This document shows positions 60,600 to 64,000 of a stretch of 64,000 nt of DNA, piece after piece. Numbering within the stretch: the stretch's first letter is position 1; every line of letters starts with the position of its first letter. This DNA is from Octopus sinensis. Taxonomy: Eukaryota. A program made the translations under genes and the position numbers. The stretch covers positions 16,988,001 through 17,052,000 of the forward strand of contig NC_043023.1 in NCBI RefSeq assembly GCF_006345805.1, given 5' to 3'. Under the pieces are notes generated by a model. The model ran no database searches. It was not told the origin of the DNA and was given only the letters and a program-made list of their open reading frames with translations.

Positions 60600-62856
60600 A
60601 ATAATGATAATAATAATAATAACAACAACAACAACAACAACAATAATAATAATAATTAAACATTCAATGATGAGGGAAAGGATGAGAAGTGAATGTTATC
60701 GCAGGGTAAGGACAATACTCAAGACAGAGCTGAATGCAAGAAACAGGATCGAAGCGATCAATGCTTTAGCCATGGCAGCCGTGACTTACAGCTTCAATAT
60801 CATTAACTGATCAATTACTGAAATATGTAATCTTGACAGAAAAATACGAAAACTGTTGACAATGCATAGAATGCACCACCCTAAGGCAGACATAGGACGA
60901 CTGTCCACAGTCTGTCTACCCTGTGTGAAAGGCCTCTCCGAAAATATACAAACGATATGCGGCCCATATGACACCAGGACAGTATTCAGGAGTAATACAA
61001 CACTTCGCAAATATCTCCTTCGAGTAAAACCACCAATAGAAGAGAATATGACCAAAGACTGCGTGTACTCCATCCCATGCAGCTGTGGTAGGTTATACAA
61101 AGGCGAAACATACCTGTTTCTTTACTACCCACAAGGGGCTAAACACAGAAAGGACAAACAAGGACAGACAAACGGATTAAGTCGATTATATCGACCCCAG
61201 TGCGTAACTTGTACTTAATTTATCGACCCCGATAGGATGAAAGGCAAAGTCGATCTCGGCGGAATTTCAACTCAGAACGTAACGGCAGACGAAATACCTA
61301 TTTCTTTACTACCCACATGGGGCTAAACACATAGGGGACAAACAAGGACAGACAAACGGATTAAGTCGATTACATCGACGGCAGTGCGTAAATGGTACTT
61401 AATTTAATCGACCCCGAAAGGATGAAAGGCAAAGTGGACCTTGGCGGAATTTGGCAGACGAAATACCGCTAAGCATTTCGCCCAGCGTGCTAACGATTCT
61501 GGCAGCTCGTCCCCTTTTCTGCCAGCTGAAACATACCGTCCCCTCAAAATAAGGGCAGACGAACATCGCAAAGCTGTGACACGAAAAGATATTGATAAAT
61601 CGCGTATAGTTGATCATGTATGGGAAAATGGAGACCACCTCCCCCTGTGGGATGAAGTTAAAATGATAGACAGAGAACACCACTGGAAAATACGCCTTTA
61701 GGCGAGGAGCAAATCGACCCCAGGACTTATTCTCTGTAAGCCTAGTACTTATTCTATCGGTCTCTTTTGCCGAACCGCTAAGTTAGGGGGACGTAAACAC
61801 ACCAGCATCGGTTGTCAAGCGATGTTGGAGAGTCAAACATAGACACACACACACACACACACACACATACATATTTACGACGGGTTTCTTTCAGTTTCCG
61901 TCTACCAAATCCACGCACAACAACCTCCTTAACAGACCGAGTGCAGATATGAGTAGCATATGGGAACCGGTATTAAGGAAGGATAGGAAAATATTAGATT
62001 TATAACCCCTGAAATTCACTCCGTAATTTCTCAGGGGCATATGACGTAGTGGTTCTTGGCCGACCTCTTCTTCTCTTGCCACTGACCATTCCGAGCATGA
62101 TGTCCTTCTCCAGGGATTTTCTCCGCACAATATGACCAAAATATGCCAATCTATGCTTGGTGATCCTAGCTTCTAGCGACAGTTTCGGTTTGATCTGCTT
62201 AAGAACTTCTCCATTGGTGAACCTCGCTGTCCATGGAATCCGTAAAAGTCTTCTCCAACACCAAAGCTCGAATGCATTAATTCTCTTCTGTGTAGTAATA
62301 GAATAATAAACAAGTCTTAACTAATTATTTTTCTTTGATATAAACTGTTTTATTACAATATTTAATTAAAAACCTATCTTTGGGATGGTATGTTTCATGA
62401 AGGTAATTAGCTTATCATCCGGAAAAAATCGTCATTTAAGCGTGTAAAAGCATTATGTGACAATGACAGTTTAGAAGAAATGAAATAAGCTTATGATAAA
62501 TCAATCAGCATTAATTATCCATTGATTAGTCTTTCGTTTATGCTTCGGAATGAGCAACAAGAAGTCACTGTGAATGCTACTATTTTATTAGCTCAAAATT
62601 AATCGATGAGTTTATACCGAAACGCCTCAAAAAACTTTCTCGGACATTTCTTGTTTGGACTTGTTATTTCTTTTGAAGCCACGGGTTTTATCTTTAGTTT
62701 ACTTATTAAATAAACTTTACTTGTGAATTTGTCGATGATCCGTCTTAAGTGTTTTATTATTGATCGTAGGACGAAAGGTGGTCTTATATCCTTTGTATAT
62801 ATGCGTGTATATATATATATATATATATATAGATAGATAGATAGATAGATAGATAG

Positions 62857-62915
<59 letters not shown>

Positions 62916-63105
62916 GTGTATTTTTACCTTGTTAACAATTAACACGGAAAAAATAAATAAATAAATAAATAGTTACCAGGGAAGCAAAAAATCTCACAGG
63001 TAAAGAGGTTGTAACTCCTTGTTTATAAAGGTAGAAACTTCGTGTTTACGTGGAATTTTTTGTATAATATATAAATAAATAAATGGAGTTTAACGCGGGT
63101 ATAAA

Positions 63106-63280
63106 TTTTACTTTCGACACATATTTCGAAAATTCCACTGATACTATTCAAAATAATAAATGGCAATCTTCTCTGAGTTTCGTTTTTTCACTTTCCTGAA
63201 GAGAAGATTGCATTGTTTTATACCATTTATTCTTTTGAATAGTATCAGTGGAATTTTCGAAACATGTGTCGAAAGTAAAA
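63106..63280. repeat. 175-bp inverted repeat / MITE-like
   Basis: ~48-bp outer arms ttttactttcgacaca..ttcgaaaattccactgatactattcaaaa plus inner arms gcaatcttctct/agagaagattgc. Confidence 0.8.
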
Positions 63281-63294
63281 ATATTTGTGTGTGC

Positions 63295-63540
63295 GGAGGC
63301 TCGTGGCTTAGTGGTTAGGGTATCAGCATCATGATCGTAAGATTGTGGTTTCGATTCTTAGACCGGGTGACGCGTTGTGTTCTTGAGCAAAATACTTCAT
63401 TTCACGTTGCTCCAGTCCACTCAGTTGGCAAAAATGTGTAACGCTGCGAAGGACTGGCATCCCGTCCAGTTGGGGGGAACACATACGCCATAGAAACCGG
63501 GAAACCGGGCCCATGAGCCTGGCTAGGCTTTAAAAGGGCG
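63295..63540 (+). mobile_element. tRNA-derived CORE-like SINE
   Basis: gtggcttagtggttagg A-box, ggtttcgattc B-box-like, gttgtgttcttgagcaaaatacttcattt core. Confidence 0.75.
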
Positions 63541-64000
63541 CATTTATTATTTTTATTTTAACAATGTCCGAATGCTGGAGATTATTAGCAGCAGTGACTT
63601 CATCCCAGAATGCAGAAAATGTTACGCCTTCATTTTATCAATAACTTGACGTCTTACTGTATGTGGCTGTACCACACCTCCTCCGACAGCATTGAGTAAA
63701 ACAAAAAAGCATCTATGAAGTTTAAAAGAAAATCAATCAAATAGAAATCTATCGATATATTATAATATCTGAAAGTACTTTTGTTAACCACATGCATAAA
63801 AATTTGTGGCTAGATTTGATTGGTTTATTTGTGAATGTTGTTTGAGAGATGAGGAAGTAGCAAAGCTGATGACTAGACTGGAATCTTTGATATAAAAGCA
63901 TTTTGAGTGCAAAAAAAGGTAACAAAGAAGCCAGACATCAAATTGAAGAATTTGTTTCAGATAAATTTAAATAACTTGGCGACAATTTCAAGAGTTGAAA

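Noticed and set aside
63560-64000. Possible decayed coding or transposase sequence at the window end
   Set aside because: No frame stays open and no motif was recognised.

Overview
AT-rich eukaryotic genomic DNA saturated with microsatellites and transposons. The SINE, Helitron and Penelope repertoire looks cephalopod (probably Octopus; this is inference from recognised repeats, not a search). Most ORF-track entries are translated microsatellites. Reading splice sites on the minus strand reveals a tandem segmental duplication (unit A ~3820-25663, 100-N gap, unit B ~25764-62900). Each unit carries one copy of a multi-exon gene for a ~240-250 aa secreted protein: signal peptide, Cys-rich PAN/apple-like domain, then a ~130 aa uncharacterised C-terminal domain. 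Gene A exons: 12789-12456, 10291-10200, 8230-8082, 5660-5560, 4762-4701. Gene B exons: 49304-48974, 48369-48278, 46297-46155, 36788-36685, 27224-27175. All intron phases match in both copies and all indels are in frame. By hand count the paralogs differ at ~52 replaced codons versus ~8 silent-only codons, clustered in patches, while their ~12.6 kb upstream regions (including a candidate first exon, MNLKG) are almost identical. The window also holds several Penelope-associated type I hammerhead ribozymes (one sense-oriented in gene B's last intron), two Dong/R4-like LINEs stacked in a (TAA)n tract, Helitron arrays, foldback MITEs with 8-bp target-site duplications (TSDs), and RTE and CRE fragments.
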